IMG/VR virus record: IMGVR_UViG_3300045988_042791
Location: 1-39,227 of that record
Source of the DNA: a virus
Direction: 5' to 3' (one strand)
Length of the DNA: 39,227 nt
The number at the start of each line of letters is the position of its first letter. Within the stretch, counting starts at the first letter, position 1. The notes below the pieces were generated by a model that did not search any database, was not told the origin of the DNA, and worked only from the letters and a program-made list of their open reading frames with translations. This document shows, piece after piece, positions 15,640 through 25,072 of this stretch. A program made the position numbers and the translations under genes.

Positions 15640-16385
15640 TCAGTCTTCGTAAAGAGTCCGGAATACCGGGCTCATGCCCTTGGTCTGTTCGCGCAGCCGC
15701 TCACGCTCGGCCTTCTCCCTGTCCGCCCGCAATCGTTTCGCAAGCGAATCGAAAGGTTTCGGATACTCTTCGCCGCCCAGCGCGTAGATGACCAGCATCT
15801 CGCCCCAACGGGCCGGATAGTCCAGGCCGTTGAGCTCCGCGCCTGTGTAGGTTGACGGGTCTCCAATGAGCTGTTCGAGCAGCGCTATCGCGTCGCCGTA
15901 GCGGAGCCTGCCGCCAAGGTCGGTTTGCAGGCTCCAGCCACGTGCCGTGAAATCGGCTCGGATCACGCTCCCGTGGTCGGCGAGCTGGCGGGCGAACCAT
16001 TGGATTTTCCCAGTGAGGCTCCCTGCGCGCGCACTACCGCGTCGCCGTAGTCGGACAGGAGGTTGAACACCACCTGCACCGGTTCGCCGTTCAGCGCTTT
16101 CGCCTGTTTGTCGCCAGCGAAGGCGCTTAGAATGCGTTTGAGCTGTTCGACGCTCTCCGTATCGTCGGACGTGTTCGACAGTTTGGTGAAATCGTCGATG
16201 CTCATCGACAGTGGAAGCTTGTACGTGCGTCCGCCAGGCACGAGCGCCCAATACACATCGCCCTTGATGATGTGGCGCACCTTGTAGTTCTGCGCAATGG
16301 AGGCGAACGCCTCCTCATCGTTTTTCTCCGTCCACTGGTCGAAATCCTCGACGGTCGGCTTGAAGTCGGTGGAAGTTGAAGTCAT
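15640..16385 (-). CDS. Tail assembly chaperone G-T fusion made by programmed -1 frameshift
   Basis: The -1 frame after G_GGA_AAA (16005-16011) stays open to 15640 and has a protein-like composition. Confidence 0.65.
15963..16385 (-). CDS. Tail assembly chaperone (gpG-like)
   Basis: 140 aa, acidic. Positioned between the major tail protein and the tape measure. Contains a GGGAAAA slippery site near its end. Confidence 0.8.
   Translation of the reverse strand: MTSTSTDFKPTVEDFDQWTEKNDEEAFASIAQNYKVRHIIKGDVYWALVPGGRTYKLPLSMSIDDFTKLSNTSDDTESVEQLKRILSAFAGDKQAKALNGEPVQVVFNLLSDYGDAVVRAQGASLGKSNGSPASSPTTGA
16005..16011 (-). other. Slippery heptamer GGGAAAA (X_XXY_YYZ) for the G/G-T frameshift
   Basis: Read in the zero frame as CTG GGA AAA TCC; the -1 frame reads ACT GGG AAA ATC. 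Confidence 0.65.
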
Positions 16386-16487
16386 TGTCTTGTCCTATCT
16401 GCTTTTCGCCTGCCTGCCGTGAAAAAAGAAGTCACGGACCGCGCAGACAGGCGAGATGGGCGGTCCGGGAAGATTTTCGTCCGCCGG

Positions 16488-17359
16488 TCAGGCGGCGCGT
16501 GTGGTGACGGTGACCGTCAGATCTGGTGAGGTCACGCCGTCATATGTGGCGTTGAGCCTCGCGCTTCCGGCCTTGACGGCGGTTAGCGTGCCTCCCTCGA
16601 CGGTCGCCACGCCTGCATCCTTGGACTTGAATGTGGCCTGTCCGGTCACGTCCACGGTGGTCTTGTCCACATGTGTGGCGACGGCCTTGAGCGCGAGCTT
16701 CGCGCCTTGGACGACCGACGGCTTCGTGTTGCCGTCAGCCGAGGTCACGGCCACCGCCGTCACGCTTTTGGGTCGTACCAGCTTTCGATCCAGCGGGTGT
16801 TCGGATGCTCCGCATCCACATACAGCGGATCCTTCATCCATTCGACGGTCAATGCGCGGCCGGTGACCGAGCCACGCTCCTGCTGGTCCGGCTCGTTGCC
16901 GGTGACCTGCATGACGCCGGCACGACGGTGGACGCGCCCGGTGTCGAACGTCTCCTCTTCGTACACCATCCATTTCGCGTCCTGGATGATGTCGGCCACG
17001 TGGTAGACGCCCTGCGCGTCCGGCTCGCCGATGGTGATCTTGCGGGTCAGCGCGTTGTTTTCGGCCGGACTGAACGTCTGCGTGAGGCTGGTCGCCAACG
17101 GCAGCTTCTTGTAACCGTCCTGCAAAAACTCCAGCGGGTCGTCGCCGTCGCGCGAATCCTGATTGCCGCCGTCGGACTTGACGAGTCCGATGCATGCGGT
17201 CGACCGATTGTAGGCGGCCGGAAGTTCCGGCGTTGCATTGCTTGATGCGATCATCTCCGGCGTGATTTTGTTTTCGGTGGAGTACGGGACGATCATGATG
17301 GCGGCGGTGACGAGCGCCTCCACCTGTCCCAGATCCATGCCCTGACTGTCTTTGGCCAT
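16488..17359 (-). CDS. Major tail protein with a C-terminal Big_2 Ig-like domain made by -1 frameshift at CCCAAAA
   Basis: The slippery heptamer C_CCA_AAA (16766-16772) lies 2 codons before the stop. The -1 frame encodes a Big_2-like domain (ATFKSKDAGVATVEGGTLTAVKAGSARLNATYDG). Confidence 0.55.
16760..17359 (-). CDS. Major tail protein
   Basis: 199 aa. Positioned after the tail terminator and before the chaperones. Confidence 0.8.
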   Translation of the reverse strand: MAKDSQGMDLGQVEALVTAAIMIVPYSTENKITPEMIASSNATPELPAAYNRSTACIGLVKSDGGNQDSRDGDDPLEFLQDGYKKLPLATSLTQTFSPAENNALTRKITIGEPDAQGVYHVADIIQDAKWMVYEEETFDTGRVHRRAGVMQVTGNEPDQQERGSVTGRALTVEWMKDPLYVDAEHPNTRWIESWYDPKA

Positions 17360-17371
17360 GGCGTTTCCTTT

Positions 17372-17803
17372 CTATGGTTGTCTGATTCCGGCCGTCGAAT
17401 ATTCGACGGTCATGTAGTAGCGGCACCATGCCGCGTCCTCGCCGACCGGGTACGGGCCGTTGCATCCGTCAGACACGACGGCGCAGATGCGGCTGCCTTC
17501 GGCGAATCCGATGAGGATGCCGGGCTCGCCGGTCAGCAGCCCGTACACGCGGGCCGCCAGATCACGGCATGGTTTCGTATCGTTGCGCGTCCATCCGAGC
17601 ACGTTGACGCCTATCGACCTGTCGAACGTCACACGGTCGGCGGATTGCGTGCCGCCGTCATCACGCACGACCACGAGCGGATAGGAACCGTCGTAACCAT
17701 CCGGAATGCGGTTTCCGACCTGCAGGCCCGCGACGTCCGTGATGTTGGAGCGCAGCCATCCGGTAAGGAACAGCTCAAGGTCTGGTGGAATGACGCTTGC
17801 CAT
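17372..17803 (-). CDS. Tail terminator/tail completion protein
   Basis: 143 aa. Position, plus a pattern typical of DUF3168-like tail completion proteins. Confidence 0.65.
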   Translation of the reverse strand: MASVIPPDLELFLTGWLRSNITDVAGLQVGNRIPDGYDGSYPLVVVRDDGGTQSADRVTFDRSIGVNVLGWTRNDTKPCRDLAARVYGLLTGEPGILIGFAEGSRICAVVSDGCNGPYPVGEDAAWCRYYMTVEYSTAGIRQP

Positions 17804-18090
17804 CAGACCCTCGCCTTCCTCAACGCCTTGGCCAGATTGCCGGTCCGCGACTCCACGAGCAGGGTCTTAGAGTCGTGGCCGACGACCATGACGGTCGTTC
17901 GGTGCTCCCTTTTAACCTCCTCGATTCCAAGGCCGTCGCGGTATGCGCCGGTATCTACCGGAGCTGACGCCTTCGCGTAGGCGAGTGCCCTGTCCGCAGC
18001 CAGCGTGGTGAGCGACTTGACTCCGGCGCTGTTGAGAATCTCGTCGAAGAATTTCTGGTTGAAGTTGACCGATATCCTGCTTTTCGCCAT
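17803..18090 (-). CDS. HK97 gp10-like head-tail joining protein
   Basis: The MAKSRISVNFNQKFFDEILNS... start fits synteny. The longer ORF-track N-terminus is Arg-rich and overlaps the upstream gene. Confidence 0.65.
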   Translation of the reverse strand: MAKSRISVNFNQKFFDEILNSAGVKSLTTLAADRALAYAKASAPVDTGAYRDGLGIEEVKREHRTTVMVVGHDSKTLLVESRTGNLAKALRKARV

Positions 18091-18092
18091 TG

Positions 18093-18491
18093 TCAGCCCT
18101 TTCTTTCCGTCAGACGGCATTCCAAGGTCGGACGCCAGCCGGTGAACGCGTTCGCGTCCTTCGAGGGGAATCCGTCGACTTCCCACAAGCGTCCGTCGTC
18201 GGGGTCTGCGCGGATCCGGTCGCCGATTTTCACGTCGGCTGTCGAATCCGGGATGGTGAGGTACGCTGTGGATGCGGTTCGTGTGTCGAGCGTGTCCGGC
18301 GTGCGCATGCTGGAGCTGGAGGCGAGGGCGCCCGTGATGGCTAGCTCGTCCGGAGGCACGCTCCAGTCTGGCTCGTTCTGCGCCGAATTGTACGGATTGG
18401 CCTTGCGTTTGGCGCGCAGTCGAATAAAGCGCGTGGCCCCAGCCATGGCGGAAACGCCGACAGCGGAGTTCAGGTCGTCGATCAGGCTCAC
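18093..18491 (-). CDS. Head closure/head-tail adaptor protein
   Basis: 132 aa. Assigned by synteny within the connector module. Confidence 0.65.
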   Translation of the reverse strand: MSLIDDLNSAVGVSAMAGATRFIRLRAKRKANPYNSAQNEPDWSVPPDELAITGALASSSSMRTPDTLDTRTASTAYLTIPDSTADVKIGDRIRADPDDGRLWEVDGFPSKDANAFTGWRPTLECRLTERKG

Positions 18492-19003
18492 GGCAACCCT
18501 CCAAGCTTGTAGGGTTTGAGCTTGTCCCGTTCCTCCTGCATGAGCGACACGACGTCGAAACTCGCGCTGCTGCCATTCGTTGACTGCGAGGTGATAAGCC
18601 CAAGCGGACTCATGCCGGCACGTTTCGCGGCGCTGATAAGCACCGACTGCACGTCCGGCGCGTCATCATAGCCCGCGTGAATCTCGTAGCGGATGGCCGC
18701 AATGCCAGCGGGAAAGCCGCCAGACAAGGACTCCACAAGACCAGTATCAGGATCATAGGCATAAGCCAGCTTGTTGCCATCACGGTCGGTCAATGATTCG
18801 ATGCTCGTCACATGACGGGCGGGCAGCCGAATCACCATGCCGCCACGCGAGTTGAGCACGCCGGACAATTCCGTGTTCGGCATGACATGCCAACCACACT
18901 CACGCCTAATCGCCGCCTGAGCAGCCTTAAGCCTGAAAGCCGCGTCGTCCTCGAAAGCCGAAGGGTCGGCAATCATGTCAGGAATCACATTCACTTCACT
19001 CAT
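18488..19003 (-). CDS. Head-tail connector (gp6/gp15-like) protein
   Basis: 171 aa. Assigned by synteny downstream of the capsid genes. Confidence 0.65.
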   Translation of the reverse strand: MSEVNVIPDMIADPSAFEDDAAFRLKAAQAAIRRECGWHVMPNTELSGVLNSRGGMVIRLPARHVTSIESLTDRDGNKLAYAYDPDTGLVESLSGGFPAGIAAIRYEIHAGYDDAPDVQSVLISAAKRAGMSPLGLITSQSTNGSSASFDVVSLMQEERDKLKPYKLGGLP

Positions 19004-19017
19004 GCCGACCTCCCGTC

Positions 19018-19368
19018 TCAGCTCGTCTTCACCACGCCAGCAGCCACAAGACCAGCCACAAGAGCATTGACACGCTTCGCCAAATCGTTGTACGCGGCCA
19101 CGAGCGCGTCATGCTCGGCCTTGGTCGGCACATCGCCAGCGGCTACACCCACAGCGGCATTGGCATTACCAGCCGAAGCGACATTAGCCAGCTTCACACC
19201 GCCGAGAGCGTTCTCGGCGGCAGCGGGAAGCACATACGGCGCGGCGGCAGAACCACCAATGTCGGTCGGCTTGCCCTTCGCATCCACGAAGATCACATCC
19301 GCCACGGCGGCGTTCGGGTCAAGCTTCGCGGAAGCGACCGGAATCACTCGAAACTGTCGAGCCATCAT
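19018..19368 (-). CDS. Ala-rich head fibre/decoration-like protein
   Basis: 116 aa. Lies immediately after the major capsid gene. Confidence 0.5.
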   Translation of the reverse strand: MMARQFRVIPVASAKLDPNAAVADVIFVDAKGKPTDIGGSAAAPYVLPAAAENALGGVKLANVASAGNANAAVGVAAGDVPTKAEHDALVAAYNDLAKRVNALVAGLVAAGVVKTS

Positions 19369-19374
19369 TCCTCC

Positions 19375-20577
19375 TTACTTCAAGGTCAGGGTGACGAAAG
19401 CCTTCGGAATGCGCACGGCCAACGCCACGCGCTCCTTAGCACGAATAGTCACCAGATCGGCAATGAAGTCGGTGTCATTGGAGTTGGTGGCCTCCACAGC
19501 GACACCGCCCTTGCGATAGAAAGTCGCGGCACGCTTGAAAGCACCCACAACGGCGGTGCCCTTGGCGACTGCCGGGGATACGACAGTGTTCATACCCCAC
19601 AGAGACGGTGTGATGTTCACCGCACCGCCATTGATGCCATAGAAAGGACCACCGCCAAGGTACGCACCATTGTTGTCCTTCTTTTCACGAAGAGCCTCAT
19701 AGTCTGCCGGATTGATGACCAGAGCGTCAGGCATCATGCCGGTCTCGGTGGAAATCATGGTCTGCGCGTGCAGAATAGCGACATCATTACCAGCGTCGGT
19801 AGCCGTGTATGTCTGGATGCCGTCGCGATGCAGCAGGCCCTTGATGTTCTTGCCGGTGCCGTCGCCGTTGAGCAGCTGCTGCTCCTCCTTGATGCTCAGA
19901 CTGTAAAGCAGACGGCCATCGATGTCGGACTTCAAGAAGGCGAGGTCGGTGATCATGTCACCGGACTCCTTGATGAAGCCAGCGATGGTGGACAATGCGT
20001 CGGTGTGCTCGGTCGCATTGGCATAATGAATCTGACCGAATTCCTCGCCTTCGCCGACGGTCTTAAAATCGCCTTCCTGAGCACCTTCCACGAAGTAGGT
20101 GATGGCCTGTCCACTAATAGCGCCGACACCGAAGAGGTTGGTGATGGTCGGACGGCGGTAGCCTTCCACGAAATTCGGGTCAACATATGTCAGCAGAGAG
20201 CCATACGCGCCGGACGGACCACCGGTCACCTGAGTGTCGGTGTTGGCCTTGCGGTTCGGCAGCCATTCAGGCGTGGCGATGGAAGCGCCGGACACGCCCT
20301 TCATCTTCACCAGCTGCTCGCCGATGCTCTTCACGACGAAATCGCCAAGAGACTGATGGGCGACACCGCTCTTCTGAGTGTCCGTCAGATTATCGGTCAG
20401 ACCCTCGAAGCGCTTGTGCACGGTGTCCAGCGTCTCGATGGAATCCTGCAGTTCATGCGCCTCGGCGTTCAGACCCTTCAGCTTCTCGATGTCGGAAGCG
20501 TCGAGATTATCCTCGCCCTTGGCCAGCACCGCTTCGATGGCGGCCTTGGTCTTGGCGAGACGATCATTGAAACTCAT
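19375..20577 (-). CDS. Major capsid protein (HK97 fold family)
   Basis: 400 aa with an N-terminal coiled delta-like region. Follows the prohead protease. Confidence 0.9.
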   Translation of the reverse strand: MSFNDRLAKTKAAIEAVLAKGEDNLDASDIEKLKGLNAEAHELQDSIETLDTVHKRFEGLTDNLTDTQKSGVAHQSLGDFVVKSIGEQLVKMKGVSGASIATPEWLPNRKANTDTQVTGGPSGAYGSLLTYVDPNFVEGYRRPTITNLFGVGAISGQAITYFVEGAQEGDFKTVGEGEEFGQIHYANATEHTDALSTIAGFIKESGDMITDLAFLKSDIDGRLLYSLSIKEEQQLLNGDGTGKNIKGLLHRDGIQTYTATDAGNDVAILHAQTMISTETGMMPDALVINPADYEALREKKDNNGAYLGGGPFYGINGGAVNITPSLWGMNTVVSPAVAKGTAVVGAFKRAATFYRKGGVAVEATNSNDTDFIADLVTIRAKERVALAVRIPKAFVTLTLK

Positions 20578-21341
20578 TTGGTCTCCTTGTTGTCCTTGCC
20601 GCCAGTGACCAATTCACGGGCGGATTTGATTACATTCAGGCGCTCGGCCTTCTCGGCCTCAGCGTCCTTGCCCTCATCGGGGTCAAGCTTCTTATCGTCC
20701 GGCCTCTCGCCGGTCTTGGAATCATCCGCCTTATCCTCGTCGGAAGCGGAATTATCGGAATCGATGCCGTCAAGCGCCTCGTTCAGCGAGGCCAGCGCGG
20801 CACGCAGCTTCTCCTCGTTGGCGGAGCTGATGGCACGACCCGACTTCACGGCCAGGATCTCGGCCTGCTGGTTCGCGGCCACCGGCACCACGCTGATCTC
20901 GAAAAGCTTGATCTGCTGGAATTCGGAATGGCCACCCCACGGGCCATCGCCCTTCTCCGTGATCCACGCGGTCTTCGTCGGAACGAAGCCGATGCTCATC
21001 TGATGAACCCTGCCATCCTTGAGCAGGTCGTAAGCCTGCTGGGCGGTCGGATTATCCTCGATGTCAAGCTGGGCCGAGATGAGCAGACCCTTCTCGTCCT
21101 CGACGGCGCTCAAGGTGCGTCCGATGATGTCGGTCGGCTTGCCGTCCTGATGGTTCCAATGGATCGGGATACCGGCGCCGCCGTTGTAATCCTTCTCCAA
21201 GGTCTCCGCGAAAGCGCCATTGGCGATCACGTCGCCCTGCAGATCCTTGTTGCCGAAAGTGCTGGCATAGCCGCTGAAAACGCCTTCGCCAGCCGAATCG
21301 TCCAAGGATTTCACGTTGAATCTGAGCTGTTTGAGATTCAC
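20574..21341 (-). CDS. Prohead protease (HK97/S78 family)
   Basis: FSGYASTFGNKDLQGDVI...HWNH...QMSIGF pattern. Acidic C-terminal tail. Confidence 0.9.
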   Translation of the reverse strand: MNLKQLRFNVKSLDDSAGEGVFSGYASTFGNKDLQGDVIANGAFAETLEKDYNGGAGIPIHWNHQDGKPTDIIGRTLSAVEDEKGLLISAQLDIEDNPTAQQAYDLLKDGRVHQMSIGFVPTKTAWITEKGDGPWGGHSEFQQIKLFEISVVPVAANQQAEILAVKSGRAISSANEEKLRAALASLNEALDGIDSDNSASDEDKADDSKTGERPDDKKLDPDEGKDAEAEKAERLNVIKSARELVTGGKDNKETK

Positions 21342-22621
21342 TGTCCTTCTCCGTTCACTGGATTGTTCTGTTGCGCGTTCTGCGTCCTGCCGCCATCCTG
21401 CGGGCTGGGCTGGCCGCCTGTCGCGACGTTCAATGGCGTCACCAGATCGTCACCGCCATCGAGCTTCGGATAGTTCAGGATGCGCCGCGCCTCGTTCGTG
21501 GTCATGAAACTGCGCCCCGTGGCAGTGCTGAGCGCCTGATACTGCTCGGAGAACGTGCCGCGCAGCTTCGCATCCACATTCGCTTCGATGTAGGCGTCCG
21601 GCTGTCCGAGCGCGTCAGGCAGCAGCAAATTGAGCGACTGTTCGAAAGCCACGATGTACGGCATCAATTCCACATTCCACATCTGCTCCTTGAAGGAAGC
21701 GATGTTGGAATTCGTGCCACTGCGAAAGCCAAGATTCTCCGGCGCGATATGGAAAGCGTTGGCCACGTCTATGCGAATCCTGTCCCTCGCATCAATGTCC
21801 TGCATGTCAATCGGCTTGAACGCGTCCACGGTCTTGATTTCCATGCCGTCGTTGAGCAGGGGCCAGCCACCGGCAAGATTGCCTCCAGCCTTGTAATTGC
21901 GCATGCCCTGCACGAATTCGTCCTGCGCCTCCTGCGACGGCCACGGCATCTCCTTCGGACGCGAGATGTACGCCGGAATCTGACCGCCGTTCTTCGCTAT
22001 CGCACGCCGATATTCGGCCATCTCACGCGCCTCCGCCAAAAGCGGTGCGAGAGTGCCGGACACCGGAGAACCGCCGATGCCGGACGTGCTGTACCCCACA
22101 TCAAGCAGAATCTGCGGGTCTGGCAGTTTGAAATACTGGCTGCCTTCCGGCTGTCCGGTACTGATCTGCACGCCGGTGATCTCATCAAGAGTATTGCCGG
22201 AAAGCGTGAAATTCTGCACCGGAATACGCCGCAGCCACAATCTGCCGGACTGCTTGTCGGCATCCAACAGACAGAGCCACCGATCATTGAGCAGGCCATC
22301 GCAGAGCAGCGAGTAGAAGAATCGGTAACGTGTCATGCCAGGAAGCACACTCGGCTTGGCCATCAATTGCGCCAACGGGCTTGTGGTATCCTCCACACGG
22401 TCACCGTCAGGCTGGCGAGTGTAAACCTTGAACGGCATGCTGGCGATATTCCGCGCGATATGGTCAATGACGGTACGCACCGCAGCCTCACGATCATAAA
22501 CGCCAGCGCCGAACCAATCGATCGGCAGCTGCGCGACCTGCGAAATGTTCACTGGCGATTCGGAGAACTTCTGGGCCACAGATACCGGGCTTTTCTTGAG
22601 CCATCTGGAAAAGAACCCCAT
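21338..22621 (-). CDS. Portal protein (HK97 family)
   Basis: 427 aa. Positioned between TerL and the protease. Confidence 0.9.
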   Translation of the reverse strand: MGFFSRWLKKSPVSVAQKFSESPVNISQVAQLPIDWFGAGVYDREAAVRTVIDHIARNIASMPFKVYTRQPDGDRVEDTTSPLAQLMAKPSVLPGMTRYRFFYSLLCDGLLNDRWLCLLDADKQSGRLWLRRIPVQNFTLSGNTLDEITGVQISTGQPEGSQYFKLPDPQILLDVGYSTSGIGGSPVSGTLAPLLAEAREMAEYRRAIAKNGGQIPAYISRPKEMPWPSQEAQDEFVQGMRNYKAGGNLAGGWPLLNDGMEIKTVDAFKPIDMQDIDARDRIRIDVANAFHIAPENLGFRSGTNSNIASFKEQMWNVELMPYIVAFEQSLNLLLPDALGQPDAYIEANVDAKLRGTFSEQYQALSTATGRSFMTTNEARRILNYPKLDGGDDLVTPLNVATGGQPSPQDGGRTQNAQQNNPVNGEGQ

Positions 22622-22638
22622 GAAACCTCCTCACTGGG

Positions 22639-24252
22639 TCATACGACTGCGAAATGGGTCACGCTCGGCGCATATTTCGGTTTTTCGTTTTCGACTTGCA
22701 TGGTCTCCAACGCGTAAAGCGCCTGCGATTCGGCCACTAGGCCGCTGATCTGCAGTGCTGATTTCGTCCTGTCCCACACCTCGACTTCGCCGAGCCGCCG
22801 GGATACTGCCACGCTCACCTGCTGTTCGATGGCGGGCTGCGGGAGATGCCGTAGCTTGCCCTCACGCACACGATCATGGAAACGACCACAGCACGCGCCC
22901 AACCGGAAGCCTTCGATGAGATGCACCGTCCACCCTTTTTCGATCAAAGGGTCGATGAAATCCACGGCAGGACAGCCCTTGCCCTGCACGGCGATCTCCG
23001 TGATATGCGGCCAACGCTCCTGCAGCAGGTCGAGATAATGCGGCACCCACAGCATGCCGTCACGACGAGCTATCAACTCCACATGCGGCAAACCGTCCGC
23101 ACGCATTCCGGCAGCGGCCACATACGTGGTCTTACGGTCCGCGCTCGTGTCCACGGACAGCACGACGCGATTACAGTCAGGAATCGTGGAACGCGAGTCG
23201 ATGCCGCTGGCCCACATTTTCGGGTTGATAAAAGGAATGATGTCAGCCGTGACCCACTGGCACAGGACTTCCGTACGGAACGCGGCCTCGGTCATGCCGT
23301 CAATATCGGAACGAACCGACATGACAGTCATCGGACCGTAGCCGAGCGACGGATTCGCCTGACGAATAGCGTCGGCATCATCCACCGGACACTTGTCAGG
23401 CGCAGACCATTCGAAATATCCGAAAGAGCCGTCCTGCTCGCCGGACATGAACACGTCGGCCGGATTGCCCCCGTCGGCGCTCAGACGAGTCCACTCGTCA
23501 ACAAGCTTGCGGCCCTTGTCCACCTGCTTGCGAAGCGCGACGCTGCGATAATCGCCCGCATTGCTGATGCCCCATAATTGGCTCGACCAGACCGCCTTCG
23601 TGGTCTGGCTGACGGCATTCCAGCCATCGTCAGTATGCTGTTCACGAAGCTCATCGAACACCACACGTGCAGCGCTCTTCGCGCGGATATTCTTATCCGC
23701 GCGGACGATATACCGGGCTTTCGAGCGGGTGATGATCGCCTCCTCGCCGTTAGTGTTGACGAATTTCTGGGTCATCGCGGCGAGATCCGGAATGACCAGA
23801 TCTTCTTCCTCATCGGTAGAAGGCTGAGGATTGCACCACTCCTTGACCTGATTGTACGGGCCCTTGGCGTTGTCCAATGTCTGCGCTGCGCCGACCACCA
23901 GGAACTTCACGGGCGGCACACGGTCGGGATGCTTGTTGGAATCGACGAACAGCCACCATGCTGCCAAAACGCCCATAAGCGTGGTCTTGCCATTCTGACG
24001 GGCCACAAGCACAATCACCTTGCGAAAGCGATAGCTGCCATCTTCAAGCAATTCCAAAGCATGGACGAGCAGCCACTGCTGCCACGGATACAAATGCACG
24101 TGCAGCATGATTTCCGCGAACGCGATCACCGCGAAACCATTACTCGTCTCCCTCGTCAACGGACGAAGCGGCGGCGTAAAGATACGCGGCAACGTAACAC
24201 CATGCAGGTCGTCATCGATGGCGCCGAAAACACTCAAATCTTCCGACACCAT
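22639..24252 (-). CDS. Terminase large subunit
   Basis: 537 aa. Walker A-like VLVARQNGKTT motif and a C-terminal nuclease region. Confidence 0.95.
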   Translation of the reverse strand: MVSEDLSVFGAIDDDLHGVTLPRIFTPPLRPLTRETSNGFAVIAFAEIMLHVHLYPWQQWLLVHALELLEDGSYRFRKVIVLVARQNGKTTLMGVLAAWWLFVDSNKHPDRVPPVKFLVVGAAQTLDNAKGPYNQVKEWCNPQPSTDEEEDLVIPDLAAMTQKFVNTNGEEAIITRSKARYIVRADKNIRAKSAARVVFDELREQHTDDGWNAVSQTTKAVWSSQLWGISNAGDYRSVALRKQVDKGRKLVDEWTRLSADGGNPADVFMSGEQDGSFGYFEWSAPDKCPVDDADAIRQANPSLGYGPMTVMSVRSDIDGMTEAAFRTEVLCQWVTADIIPFINPKMWASGIDSRSTIPDCNRVVLSVDTSADRKTTYVAAAGMRADGLPHVELIARRDGMLWVPHYLDLLQERWPHITEIAVQGKGCPAVDFIDPLIEKGWTVHLIEGFRLGACCGRFHDRVREGKLRHLPQPAIEQQVSVAVSRRLGEVEVWDRTKSALQISGLVAESQALYALETMQVENEKPKYAPSVTHFAVV

Positions 24253-24262
24253 CGAACGCCTC

Positions 24263-24610
24263 CTAGCCGAAACGCTTCATGAAATCTTCCATCTGCACAA
24301 CCTTGTCGCTCTTACGCGCCTCCGGCTTAGATTCAACCTTCGGCTTCGCAGGACGACCAACCTTAGCCGGAGCATCAACCGTCAAACCCAAGCTCTGGCA
24401 ATACTTCAGGAACGTCGGCAGCGACACGTTGTCGAGCTTGCCGTTCTCATCGACAAAACCGGAAAACGTCAGATAATCGATACGCTCAGCCAACACGCGA
24501 GCCGCAGCGACAACAGCAGAATTCACAGCCTTGAGGTCAGCGTTCTTCAACGAACGCTCCAACGCCTCCGCCACATTCCGACTCGGAAACTTCGCACTCA
24601 TCGAAAACAC
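24263..24610 (-). CDS. Terminase small subunit (the true start may be the ATG at 24601)
   Basis: 115 aa. Helical N-terminal domain and a basic tail. Lies directly upstream of TerL. Confidence 0.7.
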   Translation of the reverse strand: MFSMSAKFPSRNVAEALERSLKNADLKAVNSAVVAAARVLAERIDYLTFSGFVDENGKLDNVSLPTFLKYCQSLGLTVDAPAKVGRPAKPKVESKPEARKSDKVVQMEDFMKRFG

Positions 24611-24746
24611 CCCCTAATCTGCCGTCGCGCGCGACCCGCCAACAATTTCACTTGTCGGGGAGAGGAAGACCAACCACGCGGGCAGTCGGTCGGTCTTCGT
24701 TGGTTTTCAGGATTTCACCGCCCCTATCCCTTTGGTGGTTGATGTT

Positions 24747-25055
24747 TTAGTCGTTTGTGTTGATCCATTGTCGGCTTAGTGTGCCGATGGGCGTTGGTGG
24801 GTCTTGGTTGCTTCTGAGTCGGTTGCAGCTGGTGTGGCTTGGTCGGAAGCCTGCCGGGTCGAACTGCAGTTCGGGGTGCTTCGAGACGGGATAGAGGTGA
24901 TCGAGATTGAATGAATCATCAGTGGTGTTCTTCGGCGCCTCGTAGTCTATCGGCATTCCGCAGAGCCAGCAGACCGCATGGCTTGCCTTGCACTTTGTGA
25001 AGAATGCGGCTTTGTCTTTTTCGAATTGGCGTGTGGTCTTGCGGATTCTTGGCAT
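24747..25055 (-). CDS. HNH endonuclease (packaging-associated)
   Basis: CWLCG...DHLYPVSKHPE...SHTSCN fits the HNH/zinc pattern. Sits next to the terminase genes, as in cos phages. Confidence 0.85.
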   Translation of the reverse strand: MPRIRKTTRQFEKDKAAFFTKCKASHAVCWLCGMPIDYEAPKNTTDDSFNLDHLYPVSKHPELQFDPAGFRPSHTSCNRLRSNQDPPTPIGTLSRQWINTND

Positions 25056-25072
25056 GTGGTCACCGCCTTGTG

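Noticed and set aside
16488-17465. 325-aa ORF spanning the major tail gene in another frame
   Set aside because: Only its last 90 or so residues (the Big_2 domain) are protein-like, and the rest is Arg-rich shadow sequence. It is reinterpreted as a -1 frameshift extension of the major tail protein.
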